From contig JBILLT010000003.1 of the NCBI GenBank assembly GCA_044375925.1, positions 6,988-70,987 of the forward strand: a DNA stretch of 64,000 bases, given 5' to 3'. Positions 48,137 to 57,679 of this stretch are shown here, piece after piece; the stretch's first letter is position 1; each line of letters begins with the position of its first letter. The notes under the pieces are model-generated. The model worked only from the letters and a program-made list of their open reading frames with translations, ran no database searches and was not told where the DNA came from. This stretch comes from Chthoniobacteraceae bacterium. GTDB lineage: Bacteria > Verrucomicrobiota > Verrucomicrobiia > Chthoniobacterales > Chthoniobacteraceae. Made by a program: the position numbers and the translations under genes.

Positions 48137-49180
48137 ATGCTCACACGGATTAAGCTCGGTCAGTTTCGGTCCTTCGAAGATTTTGAGACTGAATTCCACC
48201 CAAGCCTCAATTTGATTATCGGCCCAAACGCCGCGGGCAAGACCTCGCTGCTTGAAGCGGCTTGCGTGCTCCTGCGCCTGCAGTCCCCAAGAACCTCGAA
48301 GCTCAGCGATGTCATCAGGCACGAGGCACGCGGTTTTTTTGTGGATGGACACCACCATGGAGCACACTTGCAGTTTTACTACAGCCTGCAACGCAAAAAA
48401 CTTGCGCTTGATTCAGTGCAACAAAGCTCGGCGCTGGAATACCTCAAATTTGGCAAGGTAGTCTGGTTTTCCAATACGGATATAGCGCTCGTGCGGGGAA
48501 CTTCTGATGTCCGGCGCCGCTTCATGGACTTTCTTGCCGCTCAACTCCACCCAGCTTACCGCGGCGCTTTGCGGAATTACGAACGCGCGCTGCGCGCCCG
48601 CAACCTGTTGCTGAAATCGAGTATCCCGCGATGGCGTGAAATTCAAGCGTTCAACGAACCTTTAGTGAGTGCCGGAAACCTTTTAATCGACGCACGAAAA
48701 TCTTTCGTTACCGCACTTCGCCCCCTCGCCCAACTCACCCACGGCGCTATCAGCGCATCGCGTGAAACCCTCGATGCAAAGTATACTCCATCCTGCGGGA
48801 GTGACTTCGCGGCGGCGCTTGAATCCGCGCGCGGCGAAGACCTGCGCTTAAGGCAAACAACCGCGGGACCTCACCGAGACGACCTTCAACTGATGCTATC
48901 AAACGCGCCGGCAACACTCGGTTCGGAAGGGCAGCAGCGCACCCTGGCCATTTCGCTGCGTCTCGCAGCGGCACGCTTGATCGAAGCCGACACAGGCACA
49001 CCTCCCCTGCTGCTCTTGGATGACATTTTCGGAGAGCTTGACCTTGCAAGGCGCACTGCACTTCTGCGCGAGCTTCCTGCGGCATCGCAACAAATCGTCA
49101 CAACCACAGAACTCGAGTGGCTCCCGCGGGGTCTTTCGGCAAACATCCTCCGACTGTCTTCAAGACCAAACGCGACTTAA
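48137..49180 (+). CDS. recF: DNA replication and repair protein RecF
   Basis: MLTRIKLGQFRSFEDFE...LIIGPNAAGKTSLLEA (Walker A), GSEGQQRTLAISLRLA (signature) and LLLLDDIFGELD (Walker B). Track ORF trimmed from 47651. Confidence 0.9.
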   Translation: MLTRIKLGQFRSFEDFETEFHPSLNLIIGPNAAGKTSLLEAACVLLRLQSPRTSKLSDVIRHEARGFFVDGHHHGAHLQFYYSLQRKKLALDSVQQSSALEYLKFGKVVWFSNTDIALVRGTSDVRRRFMDFLAAQLHPAYRGALRNYERALRARNLLLKSSIPRWREIQAFNEPLVSAGNLLIDARKSFVTALRPLAQLTHGAISASRETLDAKYTPSCGSDFAAALESARGEDLRLRQTTAGPHRDDLQLMLSNAPATLGSEGQQRTLAISLRLAAARLIEADTGTPPLLLLDDIFGELDLARRTALLRELPAASQQIVTTTELEWLPRGLSANILRLSSRPNAT

Positions 49181-49274
49181 GGCTATTTGCTTCAAAAATG
49201 AACTCTCCCAGCAACCATCTCTCCATTCGCAGATTGCGGTAGGCCTCCACCCCGTTCACCCTGCGCGCACGACC

Positions 49275-50105
49275 ATGCAGCTCTCCGCACGCCATCGATC
49301 CATTCAATTCCCCCGTCCTGCAATGGTGATGGGAATCCTGAATCTTTCAATGGATTCCTTCTCGGGCGACGGACTTGCGAAAACTGAAGATGCAATTAAA
49401 CGTAGCGAGCAGATGATCCGCGACGGTGCGGATATCGTCGATCTTGGAGCCGAGAGCGCGCGCACGAACCGCGGGCCGATTTCAGAGCAGGAAGAAATCG
49501 ACAAGCTATGCGGTTTCATTGAGGCATGGAATCACCTTCCCGATCGCCCCCTCCTTTCAATCAACACGTGGCGCCCAAAAGTTGCTGCTGCAGCCCTCTC
49601 GCTCGGGGGTGAGATTCTCAACGACATCGGCGCGCTGCCGGACGACCAAAACGCAAGGGTGTGCGCGCAAACAGGTGCGGCCCTTTTGATCATGCATAGC
49701 ATCGGAGTCCCGAAGGTTCCGCACACTCATGTGCAGTACGCGGACGTGCTTGATTCGATGGATCAATTCTTTGAGGAGAAAATATCCGTCGCGCTGGGGG
49801 CTGGCCTGCCCCGCGCGAACCTCATTCTTGATCCAGGGATTGATTTCGCAAAACAGCGGGCGGACAACCTTTCAATTTACGCGAACCTTCGATGCTTGCA
49901 CCGTTTTGCCCGCCCGATTCTGCTTCCAGTTTCACGCAAAACAGTGATCGGAGAGGTGCTGTCAATCGCGAACGCTGCCGACCGAGACGCCGGAACGGTG
50001 GCGTGCATTGTGGAAGGCATGCTTCAGGGCGCTCAAATCTTCAGGGTCCACAATGTGAAGGCCGCCAGCCAGACCGTCCGGACGCTTTTCCACCTCCAAA
50101 ATTAG
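49275..50105 (+). CDS. folP: Dihydropteroate synthase
   Basis: VMGILNLSMDSFSGDG, ADIVDLGAES, LSINTW, DPGIDFAK and FRVHNV. Confidence 0.9.
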   Translation: MQLSARHRSIQFPRPAMVMGILNLSMDSFSGDGLAKTEDAIKRSEQMIRDGADIVDLGAESARTNRGPISEQEEIDKLCGFIEAWNHLPDRPLLSINTWRPKVAAAALSLGGEILNDIGALPDDQNARVCAQTGAALLIMHSIGVPKVPHTHVQYADVLDSMDQFFEEKISVALGAGLPRANLILDPGIDFAKQRADNLSIYANLRCLHRFARPILLPVSRKTVIGEVLSIANAADRDAGTVACIVEGMLQGAQIFRVHNVKAASQTVRTLFHLQN

Positions 50106-50199
50106 AGGCGGCCGAGATCCAGTTGTCACCCGCCCGGCTGGTCATTTTTTTCTAGCCAGCCGCCCCCGCGTTGCTAGGGTGAATTTCGCCGGACATCAT

Positions 50200-50274
50200 G
50201 CGCGGTTAGCTCAGTGGTAGAGCGCTTGCTTCACACGCAAGAAGTCACAGGTTCGAACCCTGTACCGCGCACCA
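50200..50274 (+). tRNA. tRNA-Val (anticodon CAC)
   Basis: Manual fold: acceptor gcgcggt/accgcgc (7 perfect pairs), D-arm gctc-agtggta-gagc, anticodon stem cttgc/gcaag with loop ttCACac, T-arm acagg-ttcgaac-cctgt, encoded CCA. Length 75 nt. Confidence 0.92.
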
Positions 50275-50295
50275 TCCCGCCACCATCAACGCGGG

Positions 50296-50760
50296 TCAAC
50301 GCGGCTCGACGATCTCGCGAAGGGTAGACACGATCCTGTCGGCAACCGCCACGTCCGCGGGCGCATCTACGACGGTCCAGACATGCAGCACCGACGGCCA
50401 TCCTTCGTTCTCCGAAATCTCGAGTCTCCACTCGCGCCCAGCCAGGACGCCTGTACGCCACTCTGAACTGACCCGCACTTTGCCGAACTCAAACTCCACA
50501 ACGTCTGAATCGGGAAGCGTAGAGCGCTTGGGGAAGTCGGGATGATTCCCCAAATACATCCGCAGGTAAGACCGTCCGTTTTTGGAGATGGTATAGAGGT
50601 CAAAGTCTTCGACCGGTGATTCCTTGAGGATCGCAAAGCCCTCGGGCAGCCTGATACTGAAATGCGACTGCCGACTGATCTCATCCGCCCTTGCCGGACA
50701 CACGCCAAGCGCGATCGCGACCATAGACGCCAGTTGCCATTGCATAAAATTTATCTTCAT
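50296..50760 (-). CDS. Secreted small protein, candidate immunity protein for the upstream RHS toxin
   Basis: 154 aa with signal peptide MKINFMQWQLASMVAIALGVCPARA. The ATG overlaps the RHS stop (ATGA at 50757-50760), the usual toxin-immunity arrangement. Confidence 0.5.
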   Translation of the reverse strand: MKINFMQWQLASMVAIALGVCPARADEISRQSHFSIRLPEGFAILKESPVEDFDLYTISKNGRSYLRMYLGNHPDFPKRSTLPDSDVVEFEFGKVRVSSEWRTGVLAGREWRLEISENEGWPSVLHVWTVVDAPADVAVADRIVSTLREIVEPR

Positions 50761-53700
50761 GGGTTTAGTTTGATGATTTGCTGAATGTCCTCTGCGGTGG
50801 CCACCCCACCGTGCACGGCCATGATATTGTTCTCATACCCGGGGTGCGGCCCCACTTTATCCGTGTACCGATCAGGCAACCGCATCAAATGGCCCGCCTC
50901 GTGGGCCGCAGTCCAACCTGGACGCTCGGACGGCCATATTCCGGTATTTAGACCGGGCCCCCTCACGAATGCACGCCCGTCTCCCCGAGTGACATAAATT
51001 ACATTTTTGAGGTTTCCGGGAGTGTTTTTGTCCGCCGGCGTGACTTTGGTCGTTACCCGGTACTGCCCAAAATTGCCGCTCCAATGCTTCTCGATGCCCT
51101 GCGAGAACTTTTCCACGACCGCCGGTGTAGCGCCCGGACCCACGAAGGTCATTGGCAGCGTGACGGAGACATCTCCGCAACTGTCCCGTACAATTGCATA
51201 GAGACCCAAAGGATCGCTGGAATTGAGGGGATTGTTTCTGACATAGCGGTACAAGTTCTCGTCACCGCCACCAAATTGCAGCGGATCAGGCTGTAAAAAC
51301 CTCCCCAAGCCGGGCGAATAAACCCTGTTCCTGAGGTCATACACTCCAGCCTCCTCGCTCCACTGGGCTCCAGTAAAAAGAAACCGATTCCCAAAGGCGG
51401 AATCTCTCCGCACGGACCCGTCGGCGTCGATAATCCGGGGGACACCGAACGGACTGTACCGGTAAAACTCCACCGGTTGAGCGTACGCATCGGATAAAGC
51501 AACGGTACTCGCGATTGCATCCGAATGCGTGAAGAACTCACCAGCGGGGGAAGCAAACTTGAGAACTTCATCGGCGCCCGCCCCATAAACATACTCCGCG
51601 ACGCGCTTACCGTCCTTCCATTCCTCAATGACGTTCCATCCCGCATAAACCAACTCGCAGGCCTCTCCATCAACTGTCCTCCGACAAACACGCCCCCGCG
51701 GGTCATAATCAAAGACGATGACCCGGCCGTTCACCTCAGCAGTAATCAGGCGATTCTCCGCGTCATAGGTATAACGTCCCACATCCGATTGACGCAGACT
51801 CCCGTTGGAGTCATGCAAAAACACATGGCCTCCCGCCGTCGTAATCTGATTCAGCACATTCGACGCATAAACGCGCTGACCTCCTGCCGACTCTTCAAGA
51901 GACCGGTTGCCGGCCTCATCGTAAGAGTACAAGGTTGGTGTCTGGCTTCCATTCCGGATGGAAACAAGCTGATCATCCTTGTCGTAACCGAAAGCCTCAT
52001 CCATGCTTAAAATGCCCGATTCGGAGCGAAATGCACGCAAGCCTGAACGGTTAAATTGATAGCCAATCGACAAGGCTTTATCAGCGCCAAACCAGTGACT
52101 GACGTCTGTCGCCCGCCCGAGCGCATCCCGCCGGATCGCAGCAATGCTGCCGTTGCCATACTTGATTCCCGACAACTGTCCGCCCAGATCATAGGAAAAA
52201 TCCCCCACCACGTCCCCATTGTGCAAAACACGCTCCAAACTGCCTAACCCGCCATACCGATGCTCGACTAATCCACCGCCCGGATACGTCATGCTCGCAA
52301 CCCTGCCATCCGCGTCGTGGGTAAATGAAGTCTTCCTGATTCCGCCGTCTTTTAACTCGGTTTGCTCGCCAATCAAACGGCCCAACGCGTCGTACTCGGA
52401 GTGAATCGTGCACATACCGTTGCTTTCGAGCACCACGCGGCCGAGCAAATCAAAACGCCGGCTCACCCCAATGGTCCCGTCACTCCAGCGCCGCTCCAAT
52501 TCACGGCCGCGAGAGTCAAAACTAGAGAGACTAGATTGCCCAGCTCTGTTTATGAACTGCACAGCATTTCCTATGGAATCATATACCCATCTTTCAGAGC
52601 TTCCATCGGGATAGACAGAACTCGACAGGCGCCCGAGAGAATCATAAGTCCAGGCATACCTCGCGTTGCGCGGATCAAACATCGAGATGCGGTTGCCCCC
52701 CTGGTCGTACTCAAGCCGAACTGCGTGACCATTCGGGTTTATACTGCACACAAGTCGGTTCATCGAATCATACTCGAAAGTTGTGCGCGCACCCCCGCGC
52801 CGCTGGGTCCACAACAAATTACCGACCTCATCGTATTTCGCAGCGCTCGAAACGCCGCCGGCATCCTGGACTCTCACGCACCTGTCCCTCATATCGTAGC
52901 TGTAAATCCGAGTATGCCCTAGCGGATCCGTCAGCGAAATGAGCCGATCAACCTTGTCATATCCAAAACGAGTAACACTCCCGTCCGCCGTTGAAGACCT
53001 TTTCAACGCGATCAAATTCCAACTCATATCATAATTATATTCCACCACGCCGTTCCCGGGCGAAGTGACTTCCAAGGGATGTAAATCGGTGCAATCCGGG
53101 TGATATTTTGTTCTGATCGTGTTCCCAAGCGGATCGACCCTTGATACCACCCTACGGAACACGTCGTATTCGTACACCCAAACCTGACCCATCTCGTCCT
53201 GCTCCTGCACAAGATCCCCCTCGCTTGAGAATGCCAAGAGACGCGCACTTCCATCCGGGTTGGTCTTCTTTACCAGCAATCCGCGTTCGTTGTACTCCAT
53301 CCGCGTCACGCGACCCGCAGAATCAGTAACGGAACCCAGCCTGTCCGCAGAATCGTATCCAAAGTAAGTGCATTGGCCTGCGGCATCGCACACTTTCAAC
53401 AAAAGCCCCCTCTCATCATACTCCCGTGTCTCGACACTGCCTCGCTGATCGCGATGTAGCACAACCTGGCCGAAATGGTTGTACTCGAAATTCTCGCTAC
53501 TTCCGTCTGGATAGACAATCTGGGCCACCCTGTTAAATGCGTCCCTCAGAAAGGATGTACTGCGTCGCAATCCATCCGTGTGACGAACCACAGCCCCAAA
53601 CTCATTGCGCTCCCAAGACTCAGCGCTCCCATCGGGCAGGGTTACCGAACGTAAGTTTCCGGAGGACGTCCAAAGAAACCGCGTAACCCTGCCGATCGGA

Positions 53701-55397
53701 TCTTTTACGCTCGCGAGATAACCATCGTCCCCAATCGTGAAAAACGTCCGCCCTCCACGCGCATCAGTTTCCGTCTGGACGACGACACGACCATCTGCAG
53801 ATTCTGAAAAAAACTGCCTGCACACCGCCCCGTTCGCGAAAGTCACGGTCGGTTCGTGCGCTTTTCCCGAATGCACCCCTATTTTGAGTATTTCCCCTCC
53901 CGTCTCGATATTTACCTGAGAGTCGACCATGCCTATCACGGTGCCCGTAAGACGCGTTTGATAGACAGTTCGATACCGATTCTGCCGCAACCCGTACCGC
54001 ACGTCGGCCCATTCAGCAACCAACGGACGCGTGTTGGGGACCACTTGCGAGTACCAATAAATCGCCTTCGTTCCATCCCCGTATTCCACCTCACTCAAAA
54101 CCGGAAAAGTCCACGGTAAGTTTGCGTCAACGAATGGTGCATATCGATACCGCACTGCGCGTCCGTCGGAGGTCCGTACACCCGCAATCACGCGCATGCT
54201 TACGGGTCGCTCATTCATTCCTTCAATACGCAGCGGCTGCGCGTTTATCGCGTTTTTGACGTGGACGTTTTCCATCCCAACCGCACTCAAGACGCGAACA
54301 CGTCCAATTAAACGTGGTTGTCCAAAATCATAACCGACATACCCTCCGGATTCGGACGCAGATTCAAAAGCTGTGCCAGCATTGGAATCAGTCGCATGCC
54401 GAGCCTCATTTTGGTCAGAGCTAATCAGCGTGCCTTCGAGCCGCGCCCCGCTCAGGGCATCGTAAAATTCAACCTCGGCAATCTTACCGAACGAACCGTC
54501 GGCCTGCACGACTCTGACAAATCGGAAGGGCTTCTGCACGCCGGTTGCTAACTCAATCCATTCGCCAGCCGCTGGAGGTCGTTCCAAAGACGCAAGCAGT
54601 TGGAGGTTGGCCTGATTTCCAGAAACGGTGGCGTACTCCACCACAAAATTACGGCCGGCCGGCTCCGTAACCTTAACGATCTCGCCGCTTCCATTGTATT
54701 GAATTCGAAAAACATTCCCGAACGAGTCGGTGAACTCATGCAATCGCAGCTTACCGGCAACCTCGGGGCCGCCTCTTATAAACCGGTAACGCGACCCGTT
54801 TTTCCTCACCAAGACGAAGTCACCATCTTCCTGAGTGAGGCGATCGGTGAGCACACCGATGCTTCCCCATCGCCCTGCCTCTAGTGAGGTGAACAGAACT
54901 GAGGTGCCGTCCGGGTAAACAAGCCGCACCTGAGGACGCAATTTCTCATCCCTCCCAAACTCGGTTAACTCCCACTGGTATCCGTGCCGCCAGTAGTGCC
55001 CCATACCAAACAGATTCGCTCCAGACACAGCGCGGGAATTCGCATAGCGCGTCCAGACCATGGCTTCATCGCCAACGGCACCCCAAATTTGAAGATCTTG
55101 GATCTCTTTGAATTCATTTCCGGTGTAAGGCACAACGGGATCTCCGTAGTCCATTTTTGGCCTTGGTTGGACCTTTTCCGCGTCACTTATCAGTTTCGCG
55201 GCAGGACCCTCATTGACCACTACGACGCGGGGCACGGCAGCCGGCGAAGCATTTGCATTGCCCGTCACACGCATCTTGTTCCCGCAAGGCAATTCCGACG
55301 CAGCGTTACAGACACCGCTCACAAACGATACAGCGATCAGAAAAACCCCCGAACACACACCTCTTTTTGCATACATAGCTCTTGTCAGTTTCAACAT
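50757..55397 (-). CDS. RHS/YD-repeat polymorphic toxin with a C-terminal HExxH metallopeptidase-like module
   Basis: Signal peptide. Dozens of YD repeats (Y.YD..G.L and similar). Core-terminating NNPLNSSDPLGL motif, followed by a 147-aa tail containing AAHEAGHLMRLPDRY (HEAGH at 50889-50903). Confidence 0.9.
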   Translation of the reverse strand: MLKLTRAMYAKRGVCSGVFLIAVSFVSGVCNAASELPCGNKMRVTGNANASPAAVPRVVVVNEGPAAKLISDAEKVQPRPKMDYGDPVVPYTGNEFKEIQDLQIWGAVGDEAMVWTRYANSRAVSGANLFGMGHYWRHGYQWELTEFGRDEKLRPQVRLVYPDGTSVLFTSLEAGRWGSIGVLTDRLTQEDGDFVLVRKNGSRYRFIRGGPEVAGKLRLHEFTDSFGNVFRIQYNGSGEIVKVTEPAGRNFVVEYATVSGNQANLQLLASLERPPAAGEWIELATGVQKPFRFVRVVQADGSFGKIAEVEFYDALSGARLEGTLISSDQNEARHATDSNAGTAFESASESGGYVGYDFGQPRLIGRVRVLSAVGMENVHVKNAINAQPLRIEGMNERPVSMRVIAGVRTSDGRAVRYRYAPFVDANLPWTFPVLSEVEYGDGTKAIYWYSQVVPNTRPLVAEWADVRYGLRQNRYRTVYQTRLTGTVIGMVDSQVNIETGGEILKIGVHSGKAHEPTVTFANGAVCRQFFSESADGRVVVQTETDARGGRTFFTIGDDGYLASVKDPIGRVTRFLWTSSGNLRSVTLPDGSAESWERNEFGAVVRHTDGLRRSTSFLRDAFNRVAQIVYPDGSSENFEYNHFGQVVLHRDQRGSVETREYDERGLLLKVCDAAGQCTYFGYDSADRLGSVTDSAGRVTRMEYNERGLLVKKTNPDGSARLLAFSSEGDLVQEQDEMGQVWVYEYDVFRRVVSRVDPLGNTIRTKYHPDCTDLHPLEVTSPGNGVVEYNYDMSWNLIALKRSSTADGSVTRFGYDKVDRLISLTDPLGHTRIYSYDMRDRCVRVQDAGGVSSAAKYDEVGNLLWTQRRGGARTTFEYDSMNRLVCSINPNGHAVRLEYDQGGNRISMFDPRNARYAWTYDSLGRLSSSVYPDGSSERWVYDSIGNAVQFINRAGQSSLSSFDSRGRELERRWSDGTIGVSRRFDLLGRVVLESNGMCTIHSEYDALGRLIGEQTELKDGGIRKTSFTHDADGRVASMTYPGGGLVEHRYGGLGSLERVLHNGDVVGDFSYDLGGQLSGIKYGNGSIAAIRRDALGRATDVSHWFGADKALSIGYQFNRSGLRAFRSESGILSMDEAFGYDKDDQLVSIRNGSQTPTLYSYDEAGNRSLEESAGGQRVYASNVLNQITTAGGHVFLHDSNGSLRQSDVGRYTYDAENRLITAEVNGRVIVFDYDPRGRVCRRTVDGEACELVYAGWNVIEEWKDGKRVAEYVYGAGADEVLKFASPAGEFFTHSDAIASTVALSDAYAQPVEFYRYSPFGVPRIIDADGSVRRDSAFGNRFLFTGAQWSEEAGVYDLRNRVYSPGLGRFLQPDPLQFGGGDENLYRYVRNNPLNSSDPLGLYAIVRDSCGDVSVTLPMTFVGPGATPAVVEKFSQGIEKHWSGNFGQYRVTTKVTPADKNTPGNLKNVIYVTRGDGRAFVRGPGLNTGIWPSERPGWTAAHEAGHLMRLPDRYTDKVGPHPGYENNIMAVHGGVATAEDIQQIIKLNP

Positions 55398-55436
55398 AGT
55401 TCCATCTCACCGAACTTGATACCATTCACACCCGGA

Positions 55437-56048
55437 CTACCGCACGACGTGCAGAGCCGGCTTGCTTCCCACCCAAAAATCCAATGTTTTTTCATCAAAC
55501 CCGCGCCGAAATGTGACCCGGTGGGTTCCCTCATTGCCGCTTGATTCGAACCAAAAAGAAACAACGCGCTCCTCATCTAAGGACACGACTCGTGCAGACG
55601 CATCCGTTTCAATGGTTCCACCATCCTGTGTCTGGATTTGCACCACTTCGCCTGGAAGGCCCTCCGGATAGCTGACCTTCACGTGAACCCGCTGGTGTGC
55701 CCGCACAGATACCGGCGGAAACACCCCGTTGGCGTCCCCGTGAATCTGACGGGGAAGTCCGTCCAGCTGTACGATGACGGTCACGGGCTCGCCTCCTGTG
55801 GAGTCGTCCGCGGCTACTTGCCGCTTCTTGGTCGGCATTTTCTCCGGAACAATTGGTTCCATTGCGCGGCTTAACGCGGATTCGAAATCCCAAAAATCGA
55901 CACTTGCCGGTTTCAAACCGGCCTGAAAGCCGACCCAGGAACGTGCAAACCCCTCCCCGATCACTTCTCGGAAGCGTAATCCGCAAATCGCGAGCAAAAC
56001 TCCCAGCACCAAAATTACCCGCACAGCTTTGAGATTGACGTTACTCAT
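55437..56048 (-). CDS. Membrane-anchored hypothetical protein upstream of the RHS gene
   Basis: N-terminal TM (AVRVILVLGVLLAICGL) and a beta-rich C-terminal part. There is a 39-nt gap to the RHS start on the same strand. Confidence 0.45.
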   Translation of the reverse strand: MSNVNLKAVRVILVLGVLLAICGLRFREVIGEGFARSWVGFQAGLKPASVDFWDFESALSRAMEPIVPEKMPTKKRQVAADDSTGGEPVTVIVQLDGLPRQIHGDANGVFPPVSVRAHQRVHVKVSYPEGLPGEVVQIQTQDGGTIETDASARVVSLDEERVVSFWFESSGNEGTHRVTFRRGFDEKTLDFWVGSKPALHVVR

Positions 56049-56266
56049 TTCGACTCACCCCCCACATATTCCCTGCACCCATGCCGCCATTTTTGAGTCA
56101 ACTGAAACAGTCGGCTCCGGTTTACCCTCTGAAATCGGGACGAACTGCCTCGACAGACGTCCCCGGAACGTGTGCGCGCCTCATTTGGCCTGAACGCCGA
56201 ACAAATTCAGCCACGTATTTGCAACCTCCGGCGTTTTTAGTTACACAACACCGCAACCCTCTCTGA

Positions 56267-57649
56267 ATGCACAGCACCATCAAGAACATACACTTCATCG
56301 GAATCTGCGGAACCGCCATGGGAGCGGTGGCGGCTGCCATACAGCAGCAAGGCTACCACGTCACGGGCTCCGACTCGGACGTCTACCCGCCGATGAGCAC
56401 GTTTCTCGAGGAAAAAGGGGTCACTCTCACGGCCGGCTATTCCCCCAATAATCTTCCAGCCAACGCCGACTTGATCGTGGTTGGCAACGCCATATCCCGG
56501 GGGAATCCGGAGCTTGAGGCGGTGCTAAACAAAAGGCTTCGTTACATCTCTCTACCCGAGACGCTCAAACAATTTTTTTTGAGCGGCAAACACAATCTCG
56601 TGGTCACCGGCACTCATGGCAAGACAACCACCACCTCGTTGTTGACTTGGATCTTTCAGTGCGCTGGCTTGGCGCCGGCGTACCTTATCGGCGGAATTGC
56701 AAAGAATCTCGGTCAGGGCTGCTCACTGCATCCATCGCGCCATGTTGTGATTGAAGGCGACGAGTACGACACTGCCTTTTTTGATAAACGCTCAAAGTTC
56801 CTTCATTACCTTCCTGAGCTGGTGATTGTGAATAACCTGGAGTTTGATCACGCGGATATTTTCAAGGACCTTGATGAAATCAAAGCCAGCTTCAGGCGAC
56901 TCATGAATATCGTGCCCGAGAATGGGATTGTTCTCGTCAACGGAGACGATGAGCACGCGGTTGATGTTGCGCACGCATCGCGCGCCCCCGTTCTAAGCGT
57001 CGGCTTCGGCGAGAATGCGGCCCGCCGGATCGAGGATGCGGTGTACGGAAGCGGCGCAAAGTTCCGGTTGCTTGAAACGGAATTCACCCTAAAGATTCCG
57101 GGAGAGTTCAATGTGCGGAACGCAGCGATGGCGATCAGCGCAGCGCACTTTTACGGGATTCCACTCGAGACGATTCAAAAGGCGGTGGAGTCCTTCGAGG
57201 GCGTAAGGCGGCGCCAAGAAGTCCGTGGAAACGCGAGAGGCATCACGGTGATCGACGATTTCGGCCACCATCCGACCGCGATCACCCAAACACTGCGCGC
57301 GATGCGGCACCAGTACCCCGAGAGGCGAATCTGGGCGATTTTTGAACCCCGGTCAAACACGACCCGCCGCGCGGTTTTTCAAGAGGCGCTACCCGCCGCC
57401 CTTTCAGAGGCCGACGGCGTCATCCTTTCGCAAGTCAATCGTCTGGATAAACTTCCGGAGGATAACCGCCTGAATCCGCTCAAGGTGATCGAGGACATCG
57501 CGCGCCTCGGGAAACCGGCATTCTACGAGATTGGGGTGCCGGAAATCATTGCGAGGCTGAAACCCCTCGTGCAATCCGGAGACGTTATCGCGGTTTTTTC
57601 AAACGGGGGATTCGATAACATCCATCAAAGACTCCTCTCCGACCTTTGA
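56267..57649 (+). CDS. mpl: UDP-N-acetylmuramate:L-alanyl-gamma-D-glutamyl-meso-diaminopimelate ligase (murein peptide ligase)
   Basis: IHFIGICGTAMGAVA, VTGTHGKTTTTS and VIEGDEYDTAFFDKRSKF, which is characteristic of Mpl rather than MurC. Confidence 0.88.
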   Translation: MHSTIKNIHFIGICGTAMGAVAAAIQQQGYHVTGSDSDVYPPMSTFLEEKGVTLTAGYSPNNLPANADLIVVGNAISRGNPELEAVLNKRLRYISLPETLKQFFLSGKHNLVVTGTHGKTTTTSLLTWIFQCAGLAPAYLIGGIAKNLGQGCSLHPSRHVVIEGDEYDTAFFDKRSKFLHYLPELVIVNNLEFDHADIFKDLDEIKASFRRLMNIVPENGIVLVNGDDEHAVDVAHASRAPVLSVGFGENAARRIEDAVYGSGAKFRLLETEFTLKIPGEFNVRNAAMAISAAHFYGIPLETIQKAVESFEGVRRRQEVRGNARGITVIDDFGHHPTAITQTLRAMRHQYPERRIWAIFEPRSNTTRRAVFQEALPAALSEADGVILSQVNRLDKLPEDNRLNPLKVIEDIARLGKPAFYEIGVPEIIARLKPLVQSGDVIAVFSNGGFDNIHQRLLSDL

Positions 57650-57679
57650 TCTCAGCCGCCAAAATCTGCCTGCAACTAC

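Noticed and set aside
50757-55397. T6SS-delivered Rhs effector
   Set aside because: The N-terminus is a classical Sec signal peptide with no PAAR or VgrG-interacting region, and no T6SS genes are in the window. The delivery route is left open.
50200-56266. tRNA-Val-linked genomic island carrying the RHS locus
   Set aside because: No integrase, transposase or phage genes are present. I found no convincing direct repeat of the tRNA 3' end at the far boundary (only a weak ccctg.acc resemblance near 56070), and no obvious compositional break by eye. tRNA adjacency alone is insufficient.
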